This document shows positions 22,740 through 34,355 of a DNA stretch of 64,000 nt, piece by piece. The translations under genes were made by a program, and so were the position numbers. The stretch covers positions 1,550,001-1,614,000 of the forward strand of contig AP026162.1 in the NCBI GenBank assembly GCA_030295235.1, in the 5' to 3' direction. The stretch's first letter is position 1; every line of letters begins with the position of its first letter. The notes beneath the pieces are model-generated. The model was not told the DNA's origin, ran no database searches, and saw only the letters and a list, made by a program, of their open reading frames with translations. Origin of the DNA: Fistulifera solaris. Taxonomy: Eukaryota.

Positions 22740-24153
22740 TTATGTCAAAGGCGTCTGCTCCTCTGTTCTAGCCGATGATTGAGTACGAAATCCCAACTGA
22801 GCGACACTTCTAGTTATTTGACGGAAGCGCCGGGCAAGCTTCTGCTCATCTGGTTCCCCCTGTAACTTCGGCCGGAGTGGGTAGGCACAACCAGCAAACC
22901 GGTAAAAGTCCTTGTACTAAACGGTCTTCATACAGCGCCCTTAGCATGTCGTCTAAACGTACGAGCTGTGAGGTGTTCTTGCACATTGTTGTCTGGGATT
23001 GTTGCTCTTGTACACGATCGGTAACCATTTGTAGATCAGACTTAACGTGATCAAAGGCCTCCTTCCCAGTTTCGACTTGACCCACAAGCCATTGTAGATC
23101 GGTTACAAACTGTCGCGTCACCAAGGAGTCAGACCCAGTCCTCTTGTGAAGCACAATGATAAAACTTTCCAGTGCGTCAATATCAGGTGCACCCAGCGAC
23201 TCGCGAATCAGATGTAGCGTGTCCAAATCGGGTCGAATTCTCCGGCTTAGCTCAGGATGACTCTCAAGATACTCCGAGATGATGGCAATATCATCACTCA
23301 TTCGTAGCAAAGCCCGTCGTGTACTAATAAAAGGCTTATCACGTCGCCGTCGACAGGCATCGGCTTTTTGAATAAGAGATCGTACATAGAAACAGATGCA
23401 AGCATTTGCCGCCATCCAAAGCGCTTTGTTGTATAGTATTTCGTCGGATAGATATCGCTTGACCGTGCTCAGATAATCATCAATGCTTTGCATCAACTCT
23501 TTGACAACTTCATTCTGTATCAGTTCCTCTTCCCATGCAGCACTAAAGATCGTTTGTGGTATAGATGTGTTATGCTGTATCTTCCGCAACAGAAAGACCA
23601 GCGACCGCTCGGTCGCCTGTACGGCGAGCCGACTGAGTTCGTGGACCAGGTCGTCCCCTAACGAAAGGAATGGGCTGTTTTCTGTTTTCCCCCGTTGTGA
23701 AGTCAATTCTTCTACCAGGTTTTCCATTCGCTCGGACATGCGCAAAAATCATTCGCCGCCGCGCATGTCTCTTCCAGTGTGACATACATTCGCTGATGAT
23801 ACCGTTCCATGTGTTCGTGTTGTACGCACTTGAGAACAAAGAGCATTCCTTCGACGAAAACACGGTCGTTCCCTTGTTCGACCAAAACACTGCGCTGAAT
23901 CTGAATCAACGAAAAGACGTCCTCAGCCAGCGATGTAGAGACTGATCCGTCGAGAGCCTCGTAGAAGGTATGTTCGGTACTGTTTGTTCGCAACAACAGA
24001 CACTATTGTGAGGACAGAGAGTGGAATTTACAGGTAAACGAAGATGAACAAAACTTACGCGTAAGCGTTTCTCACGGACTCAAACGCGTGCTTTTGAAAG
24101 TGCGTCAGAAACGACTCGCCTTGCAAATCTGTTAACTTTGTCTTGGTCGCCAT
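22740..24153 (-). CDS. Exocyst Sec6 C-terminal-like protein
   Basis: LEETCAAANDF.RMSE and other CATCHR-like helical segments; GTAAGT donor at ~24058; indels at ~23745 and ~22857 (the latter extends the frame to TAA at 22740). Confidence 0.6.
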
Positions 24154-24311
24154 GATGTGCTATTGGTATAGTCTTTAAATTGTTTGCGTTTGATCACTTG
24201 TAAAGTTTGTTTGTAATAAAACAGAGCGGTGATCTTTGCAGTTTTTGTTCGTGCTACATTAAGGTTAAAGATACAGGTTGATGAAATATTGTTTTTCCCT
24301 TTTCGTTAGAT

Positions 24312-24397
24312 GCTACCTTAGCATAGTTGGTTATTGTACCTGATTCGTAATGCATCGTTAGATCAGGAGGTCGCGTGTTCGAATCACGCAGGTAGCT
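24312..24397 (+). tRNA. tRNA-Thr(CGT) with ~12-nt canonical-position intron
   Basis: Acceptor GCTACCT/AGGTAGC; anticodon stem CCTGA/TCAGG with TT-CGT-A followed by extra ATGCATCGTTAG; GTTCGAATC T-loop. Confidence 0.9.
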
Positions 24398-25352
24398 CTT
24401 TGCAAATTGATTTGCCAACTTTAAACTAGCCTAGAGAGACCTAATTCGCCTAGGTGCATTATTTTGCACCTTAGCTCTACAGATCAACTAAATAAGGGTA
24501 CACAACGGGTCCAACCGGACTATCCGCAGGGTTCGGCACCATAATTCATCTATTTGCACCACTTCTTTGCTAACCAAGGTATTTTCTTTCTAATGAATGA
24601 TGTGTAATACTTGAGGTTGCCCATGAGTCGACGCTATAGTCCAACCATTACTTGCTCGCACTCACTTAAAAACGTCTTTAAGCGTCCTGGAAGTTTGTCC
24701 ACAGCCCAGTTTCCTGCGGTGCGTATGCCCGATCTCAGCTGAGTTTTTCCGAGGAAATGGGTTCCTCCACACGACTTTACAATAGATTTTTATTCTAATA
24801 AAGTCAATTGAGGCCCAGGATCCATGAGAAGACTTGATCTTGCTCGTTCTCGCACACTAAATCATCTGCTATCGAAAAAGATTTCAAGTGATTGTGTCGT
24901 CCTGCCAGCCGACACAAGTGTTGACTATGGAGTAAGCAACCCTAGCTTTACTCCGAGTTTTAGTTTTGACCCATCATTTTTAACTTGACCTTGAAGTCAC
25001 CGTAGTCCGAATCACGCCGCTACCCTCAAAATAATTGGTCAACGAATAGATTAGTCTAATGGTCTTTCAATGCTGTACTGGAATACTTGTTAACACGACT
25101 GCTTTTACCTGTTAGTCATGAAGACTGCTACCTAACTTCTTTTGTTTTGCTAGTTTGGTACTATACTTGTTTGTTTAAAAATTTAGAGTTTATTGGCATT
25201 TCTTAGCTTTGCAATCTAATCATCGATTCAATACGACGAAATGCCTGCGTATCGTTGTCTTCCTTTTCGAGGAAATAGCACCTTGTGTACTGTAGAAATA
25301 AATGTAGTAGTAGGCGCCTTTTACCACGACTGCCGAGTGCAGACGCGATCGC

Positions 25353-28174
25353 TGACAGATTTATAATAAGATTGATTCCTGGGTGTTCATGACTGGACAG
25401 TCTGTTTGTCTGTCAGGTGTGTGTTTTGGGTGGTTCATGACTGGGAGTGAGTCATGAAGCTTGAAGTTGAAGTTGAATACCAGTGTGAGGGAAGATATGT
25501 TTTTGGATTCTTCTCTCGCTACGTCAGTGACCACGTCAGTATTTTGAGAAGGATGAGACAGCTTCTCATTTTCATTAGTTTTAGATAATGCTCACAATTT
25601 AGAAACCCAGTTGATAATGAACTAGTTGTCATTACCTCGTATCGAGTACGGTCAGAGATACATTTGCTGTGTGGAATCTCAGAGGGTTGGCACACCTTGT
25701 GAGAACGGTTGAGTCGAGTTGGCACACTTGACGAACCAGTGTTAGGAGAAGGCTGGCACGCCGGATCTTTATACTGAAGCAGTAAGTACGCGCATTTCGG
25801 TTGGCACGCCGGATTGTACTTATTGACCTATACGGCAGCGGGTGGCCAGTTGTCGTACTCTTTGTGTGTAGTGTGCAGTGACACGGTCGGGTCATTCGTT
25901 CATAGCGAGTTCGGGTGATTTTGACGTCTGTGCGTCGATTGTTGCGTGTGTCGAGTTACACGTGGAATTGGATTGTGTCGTTTGTACTCTCGCGTGGAGA
26001 GTCTCAAATTCTGGGAGCTATCTGTGCGCTCGGAATTTTGTCAGATTAACAGTCGCAAGTCTCTGTACTACTTGGGCTTTGTGATTGGTGGGTTTCCGAT
26101 GACTCTGGTTCTTTCTGAGTCATTGTTTCTCTAGTGGATACTCTTCGTTATTGGTGACGTTCCCTACTGTTCAGTGTGCGGAGAGACAGAAACACGGGGA
26201 GACACGATTTCACTGTACATTTGTCCTACTTGGTGTACAACATGATTTCTTTCAGCGTACTTTCGCGGTAAGAAACCGGGATTCAGGTTGAGTACTACGC
26301 ACCAACCTACTTTTCAGTGGGAAACACTGCATTTTCATTTTCGCTTGGTGAATTTACTGTGGAGCGGCACTGTGGGAAGTTATTTTGTCTGACGTACCTT
26401 CGAGAAGACGGGGAGTGACAGATTTATAATAAGATTGATTCCTGGGTGTTCATGACTGGACAGTCTGTTTGTCTGTCAGGTGTGTGTTTTGGGTGGTTCA
26501 TGACTGGGAGTGAGTCATGAAGCTTGAAGTTGAAGTTGAATACCAGTGTGAGGAAGATATGTTTTTGGATTCTTCTCTCGCTACGTCAGTGACCACGTCA
26601 GTATTTTGAGAAGGATGAGACAGCTTCTCATTTTCATTAGTTTTAGATAATGCTCACAATTTAGAAACCCAGTTGATAATGAACTAGTTGTCATTACCTC
26701 GTGTCGAGTACGGTCAGAGATACATTTGCTGTGTGGAATCTCAGAGGGTTGGCACACCTTGTGAGAACGGTTGAGTCGAGTTGGCACACTTGACGAACCA
26801 GTGTTAGGAGAAGGCTGGCACGCCCGGATCTTTATACTGAAGCAGTAAGTCACAGCGCATTTCGGGTTGGCACGCCGGATTGTACTTATTGACCTATACG
26901 GCAGCGGGTGGCCAGTTGTCGTACTCTTTGTGTGTAGTGTGCAGTGACACGGTCGGGTCATTCGTTCATAGCGAGTTCGGGTGATTTTGACGTCTGTGCG
27001 TCGATTGTTGCGTGTGTCGAGTTACACGTGGAATTGGATTGTGTCGTTTGTACTCTCGCGTGGAGAGTCTCAAATTCTGGGAGCTATCTGTGCGCTCGGA
27101 ATTTTGTCAGATTAACAGTCGCAAGTCTCTGTACTACTTGGGCTTTGTGATTGGTGGGTTTCCGATGACTCTGGTTCTTTCTGAGTCATTGTTTCTCTAG
27201 TGGATACTCTTCGTTATTGGTGACGTTCCCTACTGTTCAGTGTGCGGAGAGACAGAAACACGGGGAGACACGATTTCACTGTACATTTGTCCTACTTGGT
27301 GTACAACATGATTTCTTTCAGCGTACTTTCGCGGTAAGAAACCGGGATTCAGGTTGAGTACTACGCACCAACCTACTTTTCAGTGGGAAACACTGCATTT
27401 TCATTTTCGCTTGGTGAATTTACTGTGGAGCGGCACTGTGGGAAGTTATTTTGTCTGACGTACCTTCGAGAAGACGGGGAGTGACAGATTTATAATAAGA
27501 TTGATTCCTGGGTGTTCATGACTGGACAGTCTGTTTGTCTGTCAGGTGTGTGTTTTGGGTGGTTCATGACTGGGAGTGAGTCATGAAGCTTGAAGTTGAA
27601 GTTGAATACCAGTGTGAGGGAAGATATGTTTTTGGATTCTTCTCTCGCTACGTCAGTGACCACGTCAGTATTTTGAGAAGGATGAGACAGCTTCTCATTT
27701 TCATTAGTTTTAGATAATGCTCACAATTTAGAAACCCAGTTGATAATGAACTAGTTGTCATTACCTCGTATCGAATGCACGGTCAGAGATACATTTGCTG
27801 TGTGGAATCTCAGAGGGTTGGCACACCTTGTGAGAACGGTTGAGTCGAGTTGGCACACTTGACGAACCAGTGTTAGGAGAAGGCTGGCACGCCCGGATCT
27901 TTATACTGAAGCAGTAAGTACGCGCATTTCGGTTGGCACGCCCGGATTGTACTTATTGACCTATACGGCAGCGGGTGGCCAGTTGTCGTACTCTTTGTGT
28001 GTAGTGTGCAGTGACACGGTCGGGTCATTCGTTCATAGCGAAGTTCGGGTGATTTTGACGTCTGTGCGTCGATTGTTGCGTGTGTCGAGTTACACGTGGA
28101 ATTGGATTGTGTCGTTTGTACTCGCGTGGAGAGTCTCAAATTCTGGGAGCTATCTGTGCTTCGGAATTTTGTCA
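25353..28174 (+). mobile_element. Non-autonomous LTR retrotransposon (TRIM-like) in three-LTR tandem arrangement
   Basis: LTRs at 25353-26043, 26416-27109 and 27482-28174, each TGACA...TGTCA; two ~372-bp internal parts, each starting GATTAACAGTCGCA (PBS) and ending GAGAAGACGGGGAG (PPT); no gag/pol. Confidence 0.9.
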
Positions 28175-31011
28175 TGTGTCGTCGCCAATCAATTGCCATT
28201 TGTTTGGCACCCTTTTCCCCGAAAGTCTTGGTTGAGAATTTTTTGGACTTTTTCTTTCGAGCGGGTAGCCCCTTTATGGATTTTCTCACAAGCCAAAGCC
28301 ACCCAGTAAGAATCTACGTTGAGGTCTTTTGTAGCGGAAAACGCCCACAACTGAGCCGTCTTTGCGTTCTTTACGGTAGATGCGTTTTGTTGTTGGCTCG
28401 GTGGATGATATCTCGTGGAAGGAGATTTCCAGGCCGGTTGTTCTCGCGGTCTTGATCGGCATGATCGCATGTCAGATCGCTACCCAGAACCTTGCCTGTA
28501 TGTCGCCTCCAGGACAAAACGGCAAAAGTTTCGTGTTCGCCATTTTCTGCTGGTCCATGAAGGTGATGCGGAACGAGATTACCCCGTTAATAAGGCTAAT
28601 CCGGCTTTTGGATCGGAATGTACTTGCCTCGGCCGAATATCGATGACGTGACTTCCATCTTCGCTGACAAGAATATATGATCGAAGAGAGGGTGTTTCCA
28701 CCAATTGAATTTCCCACTGCTGAAATACCACGGAATGATTTCGAGCGTGGACAATTCGTAATATTTTCTGCAAGAAAAACACAAGTTGTAATCGATGAGT
28801 AATGATCGATGAGCTGAGAGCATTTGTTTTTTGCACAGCATTGCAAACGCGGAACGTACTCTTTGTCTTTGTTGATGTTGACCAGTCAGCTGTTATCGGC
28901 AATCGATATCCAATCTAAAACAACGACGCGATTGTCTTGAATGCTGCCACCACTGTGATGACCCAAATATCCCTCCGGTCGCCCGGCCTTTGAACGTGAT
29001 CAGCACTAAGTGATGAATGTAAAATGTCTTTTTGGTGTTGTTGCAGAGACTGCTATACAGATCGACTCTCAAATATCCATCGCCATCGGCTCGAGAGCTC
29101 AGCACCATGTAGGATCTGGAAAGAACATGACCATTGGCACCGGGCTTAGCGATGAAAGCCTCTCCTATGACTTCGTCAAACTCTGGGTCAAAGTTGAATT
29201 CACTTGAATTGGTCGCCAACCCTGGTCACGGCTGATGATGAAACCATTCTCGTGGCAGAGATAAACCGTCGGGCAGCGTAGGCGGATTCCGCTTCCATCA
29301 CACACAAGCCACGCTCGCGACTTGACCTTTTTCATCTCGGATTTCAATTCGATCTCCTAGTTTCATCGGTCCTTCTTCTGGTTTAGGAAAATAGTCGGTC
29401 CATTCACCGATATGGAAATCTGCAGACCCGTCATCCATGAGATTTTCATCAACCTCGTCCTGTGGCGGGTCGTTACCATTGGCGTCTGTTGCTCTTTCGG
29501 CATCTCTGTTACGTCCATTGAGTTCAAAAACATTGGATGGGATCGCTCTCAACTGATCCGTCACCAACCAGTAATTGATAATCCCCACTGGGACAGGCTT
29601 GTGCGCTTCTGGCACAAAGTCACTTGCTTCCTGCGCCGTTGCAAGCGGAATTTTGAAATCGACGTTCGCCGAAGAAGGCCTGGCTCCATCCTCTGGCTTC
29701 TGGGTTGTTCATGAAAGAGAACAAAGAATTGTTAGAGTGTTCACCGACAAGTCATCGCGAAGCAACAATTTCGACTTACGCCTTGAACCGCCAAATTAAA
29801 GCCCTAAGGTCCGGCTAGATCACGTGGACCGATTGGGAGCCGTTGATTTCCCAGATCCTCGATCTTATGGCGCAGCTTCTCCACAGCGTTTTGAAGTGAT
29901 GCAGTTCGTGCAACTCTTTGATTGGCCGCGGGCGGCTGCTGCGCGGTGTCGCCCGCAGAGGCAGCGGAGTCATCTTCAACAATAAGAACTTCGGCTTTGG
30001 AGGCAATTGCGTTGGGATCGCCACTGACAGTATGAGCCGGCTTCGAGCGGGTGCGTTGGGATCGTACTTGACCGTTAGAACTTCGGCTTTGGAGACGGTT
30101 GCGATAGAATCGCCATTGACAGTACGGACTTCGGATTTAGAGGCAGGTGCGTCGATACACTCGACTTTAGGGGAACTGTCGTCGGCTGTGACGACTTCAT
30201 CGTAGACTGTGTATTCGCTGGCACTTTCGATGTCAAGAAGCGACTTCCCCATTTGGCGTTTTCACCTTGTCGCTCTGCAAGGTCTGAAGACCTCGCCAGC
30301 GTTTTCATAGAGTCTCTGGCCTGAGTCATGCTCCGAGTCTGGCGTCGCCCAAGAGATGGCTGCTTTGAGTGGGGATCAGTTTCCTTGGCCCGAGAAGCAT
30401 TGTTGGAAGCGGAAGCAGCAGCGGTGGATTTTGATTTTGACTTGCCGGTTGCTGCTTTAGCAACAGAAGAATCGTTGGAAGCAAATGCAGAAGTTGCATG
30501 TTTCGATTCGGATTCGTTGATCTTCTCAGCAGTTTGAAAAGCGGGAGGCGTTATCGACGGCGTCATCATCCTTGAGGACAGAGAGAGCCGCTGAACCGGT
30601 TAGCGGAAGCGAGACTGACAGGCTTTTTCGATCCAGGAGAGTCGGACGAGGCCCGAAGCTTTGAGTTGTTGGTACCAGAGATCATGATAGTAGAGTGAGA
30701 AGGATACCGAGAAATGGCGGATAATAGAGAAGGCGGAAGCAAAAGCTGATGATGATTCACGGCAGGCTGGAATTTTTGTGTCTGCTGCATTGTCGCTGTT
30801 TCGAGCAACTTCTTTTCATTTCTTTCCGTGGTCGATCAGAGCTGTCAGCGCACTCGGCGGGACCTGTCGTTTTTGTGAATGGGGATCATTGCCCCTTGGC
30901 GGCTTAGTTGCAGTTGCCCTTTCACTGGAACTTTGATTGAACTGAATTTGTGCGCGTCGTAGCTTATTTAGAAGCGAGAGAAACAACAGCCCATTGTTCT
31001 TCTTCAAGCAT
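28175..31011 (-). pseudogene. Broken long gene: low-complexity N-terminus, NUMOD4-HNH, second HNH, AP2 domain
   Basis: GYLRVDL..KTFYIHHLVLITFKG.RPEGYLGHHSGGSIQDNRVVVLDWISIADN; LTCDHADQDRENNRPGNLL; GVFRY..SYWVA..KKFSTKTFGEKGAKQMAIDWRR. Several frameshifts and an in-frame TGA at 28886-28888. The 5' extent is uncertain. Confidence 0.75.
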
Positions 31012-31476
31012 GGCCGATGACTACATACTCTTTCACCAGCTAGTGAACGATTCTATGGACATAAAATAGACGACACTCACAGTTGAATTCAAATGAAGCT
31101 ATTTCTAACCAATTGAACTCCTATCACGAACGGTTTTCACTGGCCCGATACGGAACAGATTGAATGTATTGAAAATCGAATGCTAGATTTAAATGTGGGA
31201 ATGAATGAAGAATCATCATCGAACATCCGGTAAGTCATCGCAAACAACGAGCGGACGGACTACGACGACTCTCGACTCTCTAGAGTACTGTATGAGAAAA
31301 TGTACTTCCAATCTTTGCAATGATAACCTTACCCATAAGCGATAACGATAACAAACGTTCATCCCTTTTCAATAAAAAGGGTTGCGTCGACACACACACA
31401 CACCCGCTTTTATTGTTGCTGTTTTATTCTACCCTTACTCCGTATCACTGGGCAGTATAATATTCCTTAACACAAC

Positions 31477-34228
31477 ATGACATCAGGTTCATCTCATTCG
31501 TACTCGTCTCCTTCAATGTCGACATCCCAGAGACCGAAAGTGTCAGCCGTTCTCACTGGAGCGCCGCTCCTATCCGACGTCGGCGTCTTGTTAGATCAAC
31601 TGGATTCAGACGCCCGCAACTCTTCTCCGTTTGATCCAGTGGCATTTTTGAATAAGAACTTTGCCAATGAATCGATTTTGACCAATCAGCTACCTTATTT
31701 ACGCAAGGCCGTGGGCGAACGCATGGAAACATTAGATGATCGTATATCCACCGCCCTGCAGCGACAATCCGAAACCGCCGCCGCTACCCGCAAACACGTG
31801 CAAGACGCGAAAGCATCCGTAGCCGCGCTCGAAAAACGCATCAAACAAGTCCAAGAAAAGGCATCACAAAGCGAAAAAGCGGTTCTGGAAATCACTCAAG
31901 ATATGAAGCGCCTGGATTATGCCAAGCGTCATTTGCAGCGGACGATTACGACTTTGAAACAACTGCACATGTTGGTCCATGCCGTAGAGCAATTGCGCTT
32001 GTGCATCGCGCAGCAGCCATTTCCGGATTACAAGGCGGCATCGCATCTCATGGATGCGACACGCCTGTTGCTGAGTCATTTTAGTGGGTACACGCAGAAA
32101 GTGGAACCCATGCGCATTTTGTCTTTGCAAGTTCAACGATACGAAGCACAATTGAAAGATGGGCTCGTTTATGGTTTTCGAGTCGTGGCATTTGGGGCTC
32201 GGAAGGCGATGGAACTACAAGACAAAAAGAAGCCTGGAATTAAAAGTAATAGTTCAGCCGCAATGGACGATGATTCAGATCATGAGGAGACGGTGGCTGT
32301 CATGACGGTTGAGGATATGCAAGGTGGAGTTTTGGTCTTTGATGCACTTGGAAATAGCACGCGAACTCAGTTCATCCGTACGTTTTGCGAAGATTATCTG
32401 GAGGATTATGTCAAACAGTTTGAACCTCCGTCGCCCGATACAAAACCAGAACGACGCGTGTCGAGTTTCAAAGCAACCGAAGCAAAGACGGAATCAGAAA
32501 AGTCGTTCGCTGGTCTAGATCAGCTTGAGAAGCGATATTCTTGGTTTCGCGATTTATTGGAGCAGCAATTGAAAGCGAAGTTCAAGCGTGTATTTCCGGA
32601 CGATTGGAACTTGCAAGCCACTTTGGCAAGCATGTTTCTTGAGTTAGTACGTTCTGCTTAGAAGTTCATTGAATGTGCATTGTGATAACTTGTGCTTACC
32701 CTTCTCTTTACCGTTATTGCAGACTCGAGATCATGTCCTTGCACTGCTCGACGGTCCTCGAAAAGACGCAGACGCAACTAATGCTACTATTCTTTTGAAA
32801 GCACTTCAGAAAACAATTCTCTTTGAAAAGGACATTACGGCTTATCTTCAACGTGAATTCCATACCGCTTTCACAGGAATCGACTCAGCTGATGTGTCTG
32901 ATGCCAAGGCAATTAAGCCACTCTTAGGCATAGCCTCAGCAGCGTTTGAGCCGTACATGAGCCCTTATATCGGCTTGGAGGAGCAAAAGATGGATGAACA
33001 ATTGGTCGAAGCTCTTGAAGATCGTACCGTAGATACTAGAGGTGAACGGCCGGTCTTCATTTCCTCTACCAATCTATTTGTGACTATCAAAGGCAGTATG
33101 GCTCGGTGCACTGCATTGACGAAGGGCCATGCTTTCTTTTTGTTGTACCAAGCTTTCAAAGACTCTCTGCGCAAGTACGCTCAGATTTTAAACGGAAAAT
33201 TACCGTCAGTGTTGCCAAACTCCGCAGTCGTGGGCGGGTTATCGCTTCCTGGGACATTCGGAGGCAAGCAAGATCAGAATGTCGAAGCATCGTACCGTCT
33301 TCCTCCTGGGGAAGAAATCACCGTCTGTCACGTTATCAGTACATGCGATTACTGCGCTGATACCGTAGAGGCTTTAGAAGATCTGATTCGAGATACAATC
33401 GATGAGGAATATCAGGATAAAATTGACATGATGTCTGACCAGGAAGTCTTTCATGAGACAACTGCCAAGTCGATTCGGGTTCTGGTCTCTGGTCTTTGTA
33501 ACCGACTTGATGGCGCTCTCAAAAGTATGGCCGCAATGAATTGGGGAACCTGGGATTTAGTAGGAGAAGAGAGTTCATACGTCCGCATGATCCACGAAGA
33601 AATCCAGCCAATGGTGTTGCAAATTCGTGGATTACTTCCTGCATCCTACTTTCGTAGCTTCTGCGATAAGTTTGCCAGTCAGTTCATTTCTCTTTACAGT
33701 GACAATCTAATGCGCTTGAAGCGAATCAGCGAGCCGGGAACACAGCAAATATTGCTGGATGTGTATAGCGTCAAGACACTCTTGCTCAAGCTTCCGATCC
33801 TAGAGGATGGAAAGGGATCAAAGTCGGGTGCGGCAGGAACAGCCCTCGCCCCGGCTATGTACACGAAAATGGTACAAAAACAATTTAGCGGCATCGAGAC
33901 TCTTCTAAAACTTGTCGGTACACCCAACGATCTTTTGATAGAGAATTTCAAGGTTCAAACAAGCAATGGAAAGCCTATCGATCTTCAGGTTGTTATGAAT
34001 TTGAAAGGATTGAAGCGAAACGAACAAGTCAGTATGCTGGAAAAGTATGGATTAGATCCCGTAAGTGCGCTAAAATCAGTAACCTCCGGCTTGACATCGG
34101 CAACGATCGTGTCAGAACGTGTTCAAGCTTTGCAAGACCAAGGATCTACCGTGGCTGCAAAGATGAATTCAGATTTGAGTCAGATGCGACAAAAAGTTGA
34201 CGACTTCCGCAAGTCCTTTAGGCCATAA
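31477..34228 (+). CDS. VPS53: GARP/EARP subunit Vps53
   Basis: FDPVAFLN, SEKAVLEITQDMKRLDYAKRHL...LKQLHMLV and GTQQILLDVYSVK motifs; intron 32647-32722. Confidence 0.93.
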
Positions 34229-34355
34229 TTGTTTCGCTATTCATGTTCCTTTTAACTACATAGAGAATGTTCGAAAAGAATTTCAGGAGCCATTTATCCG
34301 CTCTCTTCCGCTTCTTTTTCCTTCTTTTCTTTGCTATTTTTTATATATAGTCTTT

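Noticed and set aside
25519..27200. Short ORFs repeated inside the LTRs
   Set aside because: No recognisable domains, and frames differ between copies.
25353..28174. Retrozyme (hammerhead ribozyme in the LTRs)
   Set aside because: I found no CUGANGA core on either strand by eye; an Infernal search would be needed to exclude variants.
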